Source: a virus. Taken from it: a stretch of DNA of 29,068 nt. Location: IMG/VR virus record IMGVR_UViG_3300032111_000014, one strand, 5' to 3'. The position numbers and the translations under genes were made by a program. Below, piece after piece: positions 17,007 to 26,524 of this stretch (its first letter is position 1; every line of letters starts with the position of its first letter). Below the pieces are notes generated by a model, which did no database searches, was not told the DNA's origin, and saw only the letters and a program-made list of their open reading frames with translations.

Positions 17007-17348
17007 GTGCCTAACCCCGGATTGAAACGCTTTCAGCAGACCCTCTACAAGTATGGTGCTGATGCTATCCTCACCCACCGTGAAATGAAGGGTCGCGATG
17101 AGAGGGGCCAACCAGTAATGGAGGACACACAACACAGTATTAAAGTATTTTTCCATGTGAACACAGGGAACGAGAGGTTAATCATTGGCCAGCATGTTGT
17201 AGATTATGATGCATACGCATTAACAATCAGGGACTTGGAGGTTGACGAGGGGGATAAACTGGAAGTAGGGGGCAGGGAATACACAGTCAGCCTGATAATT
17301 CCTAACAGGACGCATCAGGAGTTACACTTGAAACGGGTGAGAACATGA
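17007..17348 (+). CDS. Putative head-closure protein
   Basis: beta-rich, GDKLEVGGREYTV motif; synteny. Confidence 0.6.
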   Translation: MPNPGLKRFQQTLYKYGADAILTHREMKGRDERGQPVMEDTQHSIKVFFHVNTGNERLIIGQHVVDYDAYALTIRDLEVDEGDKLEVGGREYTVSLIIPNRTHQELHLKRVRT

Positions 17349-17749
17349 CAATAAGGATTGATATAGAGAAGCCAGAGGAACTCCTGAGTAAATATGATGA
17401 AGTGGAGGATCGTATTGAACAGACAGTCACACTTCTCATGATAGAACTTGAGGAAATAGCTATGAATACAGCCCCCATCAAGACAGGTGAACTTCGTATC
17501 AGCCACACATGGAGCGTGAATGGATCAGCGGGGGAGATGACCAACACAGTACCATACTTGCAATGGGTCCTCTATGGAAGGGGATGGGTGTTCCCCGTGG
17601 AGAAAAAGGCCCTCTATTGGGAGGAACTGTTACATCCTGTGGCCTATGCCAGGCCAGCCCCGCCGAATGATTATTTCTCTGCGGCCGTCGCCTATATTGA
17701 TGCGAAGGGTATCGTGGGGGATTCATTTATCGAGTGGCTGATATCATGA
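17345..17749 (+). CDS. HK97 gp10-like neck/tail-completion protein
   Basis: APIKTGELRIS and YLQWVLYG motifs. Confidence 0.7.
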   Translation: MTIRIDIEKPEELLSKYDEVEDRIEQTVTLLMIELEEIAMNTAPIKTGELRISHTWSVNGSAGEMTNTVPYLQWVLYGRGWVFPVEKKALYWEELLHPVAYARPAPPNDYFSAAVAYIDAKGIVGDSFIEWLIS

Positions 17750-18153
17750 ACTCATTGGAACTTGCATTCAAGGAGAGACTAGAATCAATGGATATCAGTG
17801 ACACTGTTGTCCTGGACTTTAATGAGAAAATTGAGGGCGAATCGGTCATCATAGTGAGCTTAAAGCAGTTGAAGAAAATAGAGCCAGTCCTTGACGGGAA
17901 AATCTACAGGGCCACAATAGAGGGGCATCTCACGGGTGTGTGGAAAGTTGTTGACAATAGCGTCACAATGGCCGTTAAAAAAAGGAATGATGCATTAGAG
18001 GCTATCATGAGAGAATTTCTCTACACAAAGGTCGGCGGTGCGCGTGTACGCCTACTTAGGTGGGATAAGGACATCAGGCAGGACATAGTGGATGATAGAA
18101 GGTATTATGTCCTTTTTGATGTTACGCTTGAGATTGAATTGAATATGAGGTGA
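17734..18153 (+). CDS. Putative tail terminator
   Basis: Synteny between the gp10-like protein and the tail tube; size. Confidence 0.5.
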   Translation: MADIMNSLELAFKERLESMDISDTVVLDFNEKIEGESVIIVSLKQLKKIEPVLDGKIYRATIEGHLTGVWKVVDNSVTMAVKKRNDALEAIMREFLYTKVGGARVRLLRWDKDIRQDIVDDRRYYVLFDVTLEIELNMR

Positions 18154-18884
18154 TGGATATGATTGTGGATAAACTAGCAGAAACTATACTGACAGGGGAG
18201 AACGTTGGGTTCTTCCTTGGGATACCTGTGCAGGAGGAAACCCCAATAGGGGATATAGACGGGATGAATAAGGATTTTTATGTGAAGAATCCACCGATAT
18301 TCCCTAGGAGCTGCGATGACCTGACAGTGAAACCAGCAGATGTGACAGTGACAGTGGATGGTTCACCAGCAACAGTATCAAGCATCCTCTTCGACGAGGA
18401 TGAAGGATACGCTAAGGGTTTCAGTCTCGCATCAGCACCAGACACAGGGGATAGTGTGAAAGTATCATATGTGGAGGAGATGGAACCATTCCTTGCCCAG
18501 GATGTCACCCCTGATGTGAAACAGGACACAAAGGAGGTCAGCATATTAAATGAGTCGGCGAAGATAACAAGCTACGCTGGCACCACAATCACACTAAAAT
18601 CTGAGCAGATACTCTCCAAAAATGGTTTGGAGCAGTTCAGAAAACTAATGTACTACAAAGTGGGTGAAACCACAGGGGCCGAGCAATATAAACTCCGTGA
18701 CAAACCCATCAACCTATACGGGTACACCGTGTACCACGTGGATGGGGAAACACTGGGACGGTTCTACTTTGAAAATGTGAAACTGAAACCTGACATACCC
18801 GGAGGTAAAGCAGGGGACAACCTGTCATTCACCCTTGAGATGACCGTCGCAGATACACCAACACTCGTAATACCAAAAACGTAA
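18150..18884 (+). CDS. Major tail (tube) protein with an inserted beta-sandwich-like segment
   Basis: Tube-type C-terminus (GKAGDNLSFTLEM); insert DVTVTVDG...APDTGDSVKVSY. Confidence 0.7.
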   Translation: MMDMIVDKLAETILTGENVGFFLGIPVQEETPIGDIDGMNKDFYVKNPPIFPRSCDDLTVKPADVTVTVDGSPATVSSILFDEDEGYAKGFSLASAPDTGDSVKVSYVEEMEPFLAQDVTPDVKQDTKEVSILNESAKITSYAGTTITLKSEQILSKNGLEQFRKLMYYKVGETTGAEQYKLRDKPINLYGYTVYHVDGETLGRFYFENVKLKPDIPGGKAGDNLSFTLEMTVADTPTLVIPKT

Positions 18885-18906
18885 TACCAAAAATGTGAGG
18901 GAATAT

Positions 18907-19449
18907 ATGACTTCACCTAAACGCTTCTCTTTTTTCAAGAAGAAAAAATTAGATCTTAACGGGACACAAGTGGAAATCGAAGGGTACCGGGTCATTGACA
19001 GTGAATATGTAATCCCCTTGATCGAAAAGAGAAATGAGGCCCTAGAGATCGGGGCGACATACCAACGCTTTATAGAAAAAATCGAGAAAAAGAAGGAAAT
19101 ATCAAAAGAAGACGCGAAAACGATCAAAAAACTCAAAGACAAGATAGATAAACTCACCGTTGAAGTCAGCAAGATAAGCTACCCACTGGCACAGAGGGGA
19201 ATCAAAAGAGCACTATACAAGAACACACAGGAATACAGGGAAGCAGAGTCCCAGGGCAGCCTTACTGAGTACCTTGACAGTTTACCAGATGTGGAATTAG
19301 CGCCGTATATGGTCACAGAAATTGTGAATACTATGCTGGAGTTGGGGAACCCTGACCTTATAGGAATCCCTCCTGAAGAGCCTGAAAAAAAGCAGGGCCG
19401 GAGGAGGAGTGGATCATCCTCAAGAGGCAGATCTACCAGTTCAGTATGA
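18907..19449 (+). CDS. Tail assembly chaperone (G-like)
   Basis: Between tail tube and TMP; contains the slippery heptamer A-AAA-AAG at 19386-19392. Confidence 0.75.
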   Translation: MTSPKRFSFFKKKKLDLNGTQVEIEGYRVIDSEYVIPLIEKRNEALEIGATYQRFIEKIEKKKEISKEDAKTIKKLKDKIDKLTVEVSKISYPLAQRGIKRALYKNTQEYREAESQGSLTEYLDSLPDVELAPYMVTEIVNTMLELGNPDLIGIPPEEPEKKQGRRRSGSSSRGRSTSSV

Positions 19450-19628
19450 GTACAGGGTGGTCATTACGGGAAATACTTGAATTGGAATACAGCGTATTCC
19501 TAGAGTACTACCTGGCTCATCTCGAGGATCCCACGATGAAACCCTCTGAGGATGAGATAGAGACCAGATTAGAGGAACTTAAAAAGATAAATTATGGTCT
19601 AAAAGATGAGGACAAATATGATTCTTAG
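19392..19628 (+). CDS. Tail assembly chaperone T segment, expressed as a GT fusion by -1 frameshift
   Basis: The -1 frame is open from the slip site: [31 protein letters not shown]... Confidence 0.7.
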   Translation, partial: AGPEEEWIILKRQIYQFSMSTGWSLREILELEYSVFLEYYLAHLEDPTMKPSEDEIETRLEELKKINYGLKDEDKYDS

Positions 19629-20080
19629 GTGTGACAACTCCTGCGATGTCCTAAAATTGTCTCAAATGCCTCAGAAATAACACCTAAACCTACTATAAGA
19701 AGAATGGCAGAAATGCCATAACTCCATCCTTTAGGAGGCATAATTAGTATTAGAACACCTATCGAGGTGATAAAAGTCCCTTCTATCAGTTCAAGGTGTG
19801 GCAGACCATTCTTCCTGTAAATTATGCTGATGATGAAGAATATGGGGAGAGCTAAGAACAGGATCTCAAACAATAACTTAATAGGTTCAGGATAATCACG
19901 GAACCACATAAGCCCATACAAAACTGAATAGATAAATATTAAGTTTGATTTTACCATTCCAATGATCGGAGCACTCCTTAAATCCCCCCCGCATTCACAT
20001 GTGTAATCCTTGGGGTTTTCATCATCCTTTAGGGTGTACTCCCGGCCACACTCCTTACATTTCACCTTCAAGTGAGACAT
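19625..20080 (-). CDS. Zn-ribbon plus multi-TM membrane protein (moron, opposite strand)
   Basis: CKECG...CECGG followed by about 4 hydrophobic helices; own AT-rich upstream region at 20081-20120. Confidence 0.8.
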   Translation of the reverse strand: MSHLKVKCKECGREYTLKDDENPKDYTCECGGDLRSAPIIGMVKSNLIFIYSVLYGLMWFRDYPEPIKLLFEILFLALPIFFIISIIYRKNGLPHLELIEGTFITSIGVLILIMPPKGWSYGISAILLIVGLGVISEAFETILGHRRSCHT

Positions 20081-20141
20081 CCCCTTAGTAGTATTATGTT
20101 AATAAGTAATTAAATTTTTTCCCACATGGAGGGTCATTTCT

Positions 20142-23100
20142 TTGAGTGATCATAGCCTTGCTGTGCAGGTTCAGATGGATGCAGAGGAAGTGTTGAACGG
20201 TTTGAATGAGATTAACAATATGTTATCAAATCTTCCAGGTTCAGTGGAAGTCGATTTCACCAGTGAAGATGCAATTACTCCTATCCTTGAATCTATCCAG
20301 GAGGGTTTGAACAGCTTGCCCTCAGACGTTGAAATCGCTATCTCAGCATTCGATGACTTCGCCACAGAGACCATCACAAATCTTAAAGACCTTGTGGAGG
20401 CATTGCCATCAGAAGTGAATGTGAACCTCACAGCAGAGGATAATGCATCGGATCTGCTTGATTCTTTGAAGGAGAAACTCTCTGAGGAATTCAACATAAC
20501 ATTGAACGTAGAGGATAACGCTACTGACACACTTACAAACCTGAAAAACATCCTTGACGAACTCCCATCCACCGTGGATATCTCCTTGAACGTAGAGGAT
20601 AACGCTACAGAAATTATTGAAAGACTCCATGATCTCCTAGGGGATATCCCTGATGAAATCACAACCACAGTGAACGCTGAAGTTAATGAAGGAGAGGTGG
20701 AAGACCTTAAGACTAAACTTGAGGAGATCGATGGGACCACATATGATACTACGGTTAATGTGGATACGGAATCAATTGAAACAGCTACAGAAACAACAAA
20801 TACTTTCAATGAAGCTATCGACGGTTTAACTTCTAAAGTCGCTGGCTTAACGGCGGGATTCTTATCCTATAATAAAACACTTGAACTCCTAGATTATGAC
20901 AGGATAATTGAGCAGTCAGCAATACTCACAAACGCAACTCAAAGTCAAAGAAAGGCCATGGAGGATCTAATCCGTGAAAACTATGTCTACTCATTGGGGA
21001 TGAAAGGAACGGCTGAGGTGATGTACACACTTGCAGCTTATACCAATGATGTGAACCTGACTATGGGTTACTTTAAAGCAGCCCTTCTTGGGGTTAAAAG
21101 GAGTGGTGAGGATGTCACTGCAGTGACACTGGCACTTGCAAGGGTCTTCAGAGACTTCAATGTCAGCGTCCAGGACTCAATGGATACTGTTAACCTCCTC
21201 CTTGGGCTTTGGAGGATTTCAGGTTATCCATCCTTCACACAGTTCATTGATACTGTTGACAGGCTCGGATACTTCTTCAGACAAGCCGGTTTGAATGCTG
21301 AGGACACCGCCAGGATAATTGCATCGGTAGGTCCTGTTGGCACACGACTTCTGAGACCATTCGCTAAAGAGTTAACTGAAATCTCAAGGGAATGGGAAAG
21401 GGGTGGTGAAGGTGTCAAGGAATACAGTGATAAACTTGAAAAGTTTGGTGTGGCTGTGAAAGACGCTCATGGTAATATCAGACCATTCCGTGATGTGCTT
21501 TTTGATTTTATAGAGGTTCTTTCTCGGATTCCTGATCAGCAGGAACGTGTTAGGGTGGCCACTGAGGTTTTTGGTGAATCGGTGGGGCCAGCGCTGGCAC
21601 AGGTGGCAAGTAACTGGAAAACCACGGGTAAGGTGACTGAAGAGGAATCTGAGAGGATGAACAAAGCACTTGGGAAATCAGCTGAGAAACACAGAGAAAG
21701 TGCAGCAACAATAAGTGGGGAAATTGATAAAATTCTTATGCACTTCTCAGAACTCATAGAAAGATATAAAGGGATATTTGAGGTCATATCACTCCTTCTA
21801 GGTCCAACTGTTGCGGAGCTCATAGTCCATAAGGGTATCCCGGCCATGAAGAACGCGATTAACAAGCTTATTGAGAGTATTAAGAACTTGCTGGGTAAAG
21901 ATTTTGGATTATTAAAGGAAAAATTGCCTGATGAGTTGTCAAATCGCCTCAAAGAAATGTTCAACGAAGGATTTGGTAGGGCCGTAGGTAAACTTAGAGA
22001 TATCGTCAGAGGTTTCATTGATAGAGTTAAAAGAGTACTAAGCGATGAAACAGGCCGTTTAATACCTAAAATTGAGATTCCTGTGGAATTAAAGCTCCCC
22101 AAATTAGATTTCGGCATAGGTAAGAGTCAGGTTGATGACGCTGCAAGGACCCTCCTGGAGAGATTTACAGGGAGTGTTGATGACGCTGCAAGGGTTAGTA
22201 TCCCAGAGTTAGGTTCCCGTATAGGATCCTTGCTTATAAGGGGTATCGGTGAAGGAGTTGGTGTCGCTCTTTTAAGTGTAGATATACTCGCAAACTTTAG
22301 GGAATACCTAAACAGAGCACTCTCTGATCCAACATCCTTATTCGGGCCGACACCTCTTTCATTACTTCCTGATTCCATTAAAAACATGTTTTCCCCTGAA
22401 AAACTTTTTGAGGGGATCTATGGCCCTGAAAAGTGGAGCAAACTAAAGGAAGCGCTGATGCAGAATATCAAGACCTACATTGAGGATCCTATACGTGAGG
22501 AACTTTCAAAATTATTTAGGGACCCCGGAAAGTACATCATCGAAGGCTTTGGGCAAGTATGGAATGACTTCAAAGTGTGGGTCATGACCCGCATACCAAC
22601 ATTTAAATGGCCACAACTACCTAAACTTCCTCTTCCTAATCCTGTAACGGCTCTGCAGGAGATGTGGAACAAATTCACAGGATGGGTTAAGGAACATATT
22701 CCCACTTTCAAATGGCCAAAAGTCCCCAATATTTCCATGCCTAACCTTGTGGCGCTGATTCAACAAGCATGGAATAAGTTTCTTGCGTGGGTTAAGGAAC
22801 ATGTCCCCAAGTTTAAGTGGCCTAAATTACCTAGCCCATCCATGCCTAACCTCGTATCGTTGATCAGCAAGGTCTGGTCCTCCTTCACATCATGGATAAA
22901 ATCAAGATTCAGTGGTTTCAAGTGGCCCAAGTTACCATTACCCGATTTCTCAGGCATCGCGGCCCAATTCAGGATTTGGGGGTCACGTTTCATATCTAAC
23001 CTTGCAGCAGGAATCCGTTCAGCGATTCCTAACCTAAACAGTGTTCTTAGCATCATAAGAAGGTTGTTACCATCATCACCACCAAAAGAGGGTCCTCTAT

Positions 23101-23459
23101 CCTCATTAACATATGATGTGATGAGGGAGTATGGTTATCTTCTTGGGAGACATTTTAATGAGGGCCTGGCAGCGACAATCCCCAATACAATCTCAAGTAT
23201 AGGATCTCCCCAATTTCTGCCTTCTCAGTTAAGTTCAGAAAGTAGGGCGAGAGGAGGTCTTTATTCTCAGGATGTGAATCTCCAGATTCAAACCCATGTA
23301 TACGTGGATAAAGTGGAATCTGATATTGACCTTGAAGAAATGGCAGAGAAAATCTCCACGAGAATTAATAATAAGATATTCCAGGAGATGAGGCGAAACG
23401 GGAAGAATCCTTACCTCATCGCAGAAGGAGTTCAGAGGAGAACAATATTCTCTGATTAG
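20142..23459 (+). CDS. Tail tape measure protein (1105 aa)
   Basis: Longest ORF in the tail module; helical TP901-type core, periodic Trp repeats; TTG start with GGAGGGT SD. Confidence 0.9.
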   Translation: MSDHSLAVQVQMDAEEVLNGLNEINNMLSNLPGSVEVDFTSEDAITPILESIQEGLNSLPSDVEIAISAFDDFATETITNLKDLVEALPSEVNVNLTAEDNASDLLDSLKEKLSEEFNITLNVEDNATDTLTNLKNILDELPSTVDISLNVEDNATEIIERLHDLLGDIPDEITTTVNAEVNEGEVEDLKTKLEEIDGTTYDTTVNVDTESIETATETTNTFNEAIDGLTSKVAGLTAGFLSYNKTLELLDYDRIIEQSAILTNATQSQRKAMEDLIRENYVYSLGMKGTAEVMYTLAAYTNDVNLTMGYFKAALLGVKRSGEDVTAVTLALARVFRDFNVSVQDSMDTVNLLLGLWRISGYPSFTQFIDTVDRLGYFFRQAGLNAEDTARIIASVGPVGTRLLRPFAKELTEISREWERGGEGVKEYSDKLEKFGVAVKDAHGNIRPFRDVLFDFIEVLSRIPDQQERVRVATEVFGESVGPALAQVASNWKTTGKVTEEESERMNKALGKSAEKHRESAATISGEIDKILMHFSELIERYKGIFEVISLLLGPTVAELIVHKGIPAMKNAINKLIESIKNLLGKDFGLLKEKLPDELSNRLKEMFNEGFGRAVGKLRDIVRGFIDRVKRVLSDETGRLIPKIEIPVELKLPKLDFGIGKSQVDDAARTLLERFTGSVDDAARVSIPELGSRIGSLLIRGIGEGVGVALLSVDILANFREYLNRALSDPTSLFGPTPLSLLPDSIKNMFSPEKLFEGIYGPEKWSKLKEALMQNIKTYIEDPIREELSKLFRDPGKYIIEGFGQVWNDFKVWVMTRIPTFKWPQLPKLPLPNPVTALQEMWNKFTGWVKEHIPTFKWPKVPNISMPNLVALIQQAWNKFLAWVKEHVPKFKWPKLPSPSMPNLVSLISKVWSSFTSWIKSRFSGFKWPKLPLPDFSGIAAQFRIWGSRFISNLAAGIRSAIPNLNSVLSIIRRLLPSSPPKEGPLSSLTYDVMREYGYLLGRHFNEGLAATIPNTISSIGSPQFLPSQLSSESRARGGLYSQDVNLQIQTHVYVDKVESDIDLEEMAEKISTRINNKIFQEMRRNGKNPYLIAEGVQRRTIFSD

Positions 23460-23467
23460 GTGATCTA

Positions 23468-23878
23468 ATGATCGATGTGTCCTGGAAAATCAATAATCAG
23501 GAATTACTTGTTTCGCAAGTTACTGAAAACTGGGATAGTCTTGTATTCACACTCGTTGTTCATGCGGAATCTGATGAATATAAAGATCTCCTCATGCAAG
23601 TTAAGGCAATATCCGATATGGCCGTTGCGGATGGTGAGGTTCACAGATTAATTGATGGGAAAACGAAGGTCACATTTACCGGTGGAGAGACTGTGACCAT
23701 CACAGATGGTATAAGAGAATGGACTGGAGTTATTCTTAAGCCACAATACAATTTGGATCATTATCCTGTTATTGTGGTTAGTGTAACCGCCTTAGTGGAG
23801 GCCCCACCATCATTCCTGGAAATAGTGGATGGTATGTACTTCGATTATGATTATTTTGATGGGGAATATTTTGAGTGA
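23468..23878 (+). CDS. Putative distal tail protein
   Basis: Directly follows the TMP; size. Confidence 0.5.
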   Translation: MIDVSWKINNQELLVSQVTENWDSLVFTLVVHAESDEYKDLLMQVKAISDMAVADGEVHRLIDGKTKVTFTGGETVTITDGIREWTGVILKPQYNLDHYPVIVVSVTALVEAPPSFLEIVDGMYFDYDYFDGEYFE

Positions 23879-25755
23879 TGAGGATGGCGTATAATTATAA
23901 ATTCTTAAATGCCTGTAATCAGAGCACTGGATTCTGCATTATATATAACAATCCATGGTATAATGGAGTTAGCTTTGAGAGCAAGGTGTCATTTAAGAAC
24001 TATGGGGAGCCTCACCCGTCAAACCCAGAGGAGGATATTCTGATCATATTCAGCGAACCCTTTAGACCCCCAAATATGTATATAAGTCATGATAATGCGC
24101 TTAATTGCTTTGATAGCCTATATGGATATCCCGAGACAAATCCGGGGACATCACTGAATATTTCACCATCAGGTTTCATTCCTTTACAAACAAATGAATG
24201 TAGGGATGTTCCGTTTAAGTTTACCCCAAGGAATCTGCCCCCAGGACCAATCTATGTGGGAATACGGGCGTATCTTAGACATGATGGACCTGAGAGAACA
24301 CCTATTGCTTCAGAGGATTGGACTTATCGTGCTGTGTCTGAATATGAATCAGGTGCGGATGATGAGGGTGTTGTTTTAGAGGTTACACTCCCCATTCTCA
24401 CAGACAGTTTTCGTGTGGACTATCGTGATTTTGAATTTTATGTGAATGGGAATATCGCTGAAGACAGGTCACTTGAAGGCGTTGAGGGGGATATAGTCAC
24501 ATTTAAAGTACTCACTGACATTGCTGAGGGCACGAATACTATAGAATGCGTGGCGGGGTATAAATTATGGGATAGACCCTTTAGCACAATATCCCCAGAA
24601 ACAGAGATCTCTATTGAAATGGGGGATTGGGAGTGGAATGGATCATATTACACGGATCACATCCTTCTGAGGGGCTTCGTGAATTCCCTAAAACCGGAAA
24701 CAACTAATATTTCGAATTTAAGCGTGTACATTGATAATCAAAAGATCCCCGTCAAAAGATTGAAGATTAATAAGACAATCAATAATATTTCCGTGGAAGC
24801 GACGAGCTTAAATATTAAAGCTTACACTGGGCAAACATTGCGGGTCGAAACAGAAGCAGGTATGATCTATGAGGATAAAATCACCTATGTTTCAAGGAAC
24901 TATACGAGCAAAGGGTGTACTGTGGTGCTCCGTTCAGAACCACCCTCATTAGAGGAAATCCTCAACCGGTCTGTTGGCTTGAACTACAGGGAATGGGATG
25001 GTATAGGAGTCTACAGTGGCCTTGAGAACTACAACAACCTGAGAGCCATCCTTGCCAGATGTGGCCTTGAAGTTCACCCCTCATCAATACAAATCCCAGG
25101 ATGGCCCTACAGGGAGTATGTGAATGGGAATGCAAAGGAACAATTTGACTCTATTCTATCTTTAGGGGGGTGGGTTGCAACAATGTATGAGGGAAAAGTG
25201 CTTATCAGGAATACTAATGGACATGACACTGTTGACATTAATGGATTCCCCACGATTTCATTAGAATATGAAGAGGACTCTGCGGGCGTTATCAACCATT
25301 TGAAGTATTATCGTCAGTGGGATGCTGGAGGAACATACCTTGAAAGAGAATATGAAGATTTGGAGAGCATTAACGGATGGGAATTAGGTAATGGGGATAT
25401 GCATCCAGGTCTGGGGAGAATTGTTATGGAGATCCCCGCAGGAGGAGATGTTGACACGGACACACTTATGGAGTCACATAAAAAAGTAACAAAACCCGTC
25501 ATGAGCATGAATGCCGAGTTTAGTGGGTGGATTGGCTTAGAGCCAGGGTGTGCCTTTACCGATGCGATTTATGGTGAGGATTTCCTAATCACAGCAGTCA
25601 GGATCTCATTCGATAGTCAGGGGGCCATAACTCAGATAACAGCAAGCAATACAGATTCAGGTCATCTTGTTGAAGTTCGCGGGTTTGGTGTATTATATGG
25701 TAAGGGCGGAAATCTCCAGCCGAAGGAAGGTTGGATATATGGTAGAAAGGAGTGA
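23875..25755 (+). CDS. Putative baseplate hub/tail-tip protein
   Basis: Synteny; the C-terminal half has hub-like features (LEPG...FLITAVRISF). Confidence 0.55.
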   Translation: MMRMAYNYKFLNACNQSTGFCIIYNNPWYNGVSFESKVSFKNYGEPHPSNPEEDILIIFSEPFRPPNMYISHDNALNCFDSLYGYPETNPGTSLNISPSGFIPLQTNECRDVPFKFTPRNLPPGPIYVGIRAYLRHDGPERTPIASEDWTYRAVSEYESGADDEGVVLEVTLPILTDSFRVDYRDFEFYVNGNIAEDRSLEGVEGDIVTFKVLTDIAEGTNTIECVAGYKLWDRPFSTISPETEISIEMGDWEWNGSYYTDHILLRGFVNSLKPETTNISNLSVYIDNQKIPVKRLKINKTINNISVEATSLNIKAYTGQTLRVETEAGMIYEDKITYVSRNYTSKGCTVVLRSEPPSLEEILNRSVGLNYREWDGIGVYSGLENYNNLRAILARCGLEVHPSSIQIPGWPYREYVNGNAKEQFDSILSLGGWVATMYEGKVLIRNTNGHDTVDINGFPTISLEYEEDSAGVINHLKYYRQWDAGGTYLEREYEDLESINGWELGNGDMHPGLGRIVMEIPAGGDVDTDTLMESHKKVTKPVMSMNAEFSGWIGLEPGCAFTDAIYGEDFLITAVRISFDSQGAITQITASNTDSGHLVEVRGFGVLYGKGGNLQPKEGWIYGRKE

Positions 25756-25760
25756 TCTTA

Positions 25761-26510
25761 ATGAATATAAGGCATAGTAAAATAGCTTCCAAAACAAATA
25801 AGGTTACAGGGACCGATTGGAATGATGTCCATGTCGTTGAGGGGTTCGATGAGGATGTTGAATCTGCGGTTTCAACAATACTCAGCAACTATCAATTTCT
25901 AAACGAAACAGATGTGAATAATATCCTCACTCAAAGGTTGAATGAGGAGATGAGTGGGGAATCCACGAACCTCGGGCAATATGTCCTTGATATTCTTCAG
26001 AGCCATCAGGATAGTGGAGGGGGTGAATATGAAATCCATGAGGAAGCAACAATTAATGGTGTCAGTGATGGGGATCTACTCTGTAGTTACACTGATAAGA
26101 AAGACATAATTCTTAAATACACATACAAGACCCCCACAACCACTGATACCAGTAATGATTATATTGGCTTGCGACTGGACACAGAGGCATACCTTGACGA
26201 TTATGTCATCAGGGAAACAATACATGGCTCTAATGTGTCTATAGGTTCTGGCCCCTTGAACAGGATTAATCTCGCAACAGGGTTATCAACCACAGGTTAT
26301 CTTGAAGTGATGGGGGAAGTGAAGATTAACTGGTTAAATGATAATAATATTCTTATAGGTGGGGAGTGGATTCGATCAGCCCCTGGCACACCATATAAAG
26401 TTGAGTCATATGGGAGGATCCCAGCATGGGATATCGCACCACTCAGGTTGAAATTAACACTATCATCCAATTTTGGTGGGGTGTTGAAATATAGAGTGCT
26501 CACACGTTAA
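25761..26510 (+). CDS. Putative tail fibre/receptor-binding protein
   Basis: Last structural ORF; N-terminal HSK...DWNDVH motif seen in fibre anchors; beta-rich C-terminus. Confidence 0.45.
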   Translation: MNIRHSKIASKTNKVTGTDWNDVHVVEGFDEDVESAVSTILSNYQFLNETDVNNILTQRLNEEMSGESTNLGQYVLDILQSHQDSGGGEYEIHEEATINGVSDGDLLCSYTDKKDIILKYTYKTPTTTDTSNDYIGLRLDTEAYLDDYVIRETIHGSNVSIGSGPLNRINLATGLSTTGYLEVMGEVKINWLNDNNILIGGEWIRSAPGTPYKVESYGRIPAWDIAPLRLKLTLSSNFGGVLKYRVLTR

Positions 26511-26524
26511 TCTGAGATGGTACT

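Noticed and set aside
20171-23056. Long antisense ORFs within the TMP (e.g. 20171..20809, 21536..22117)
   Set aside because: Shadow frames of a repetitive coding strand; Ser-rich, with no start signals.
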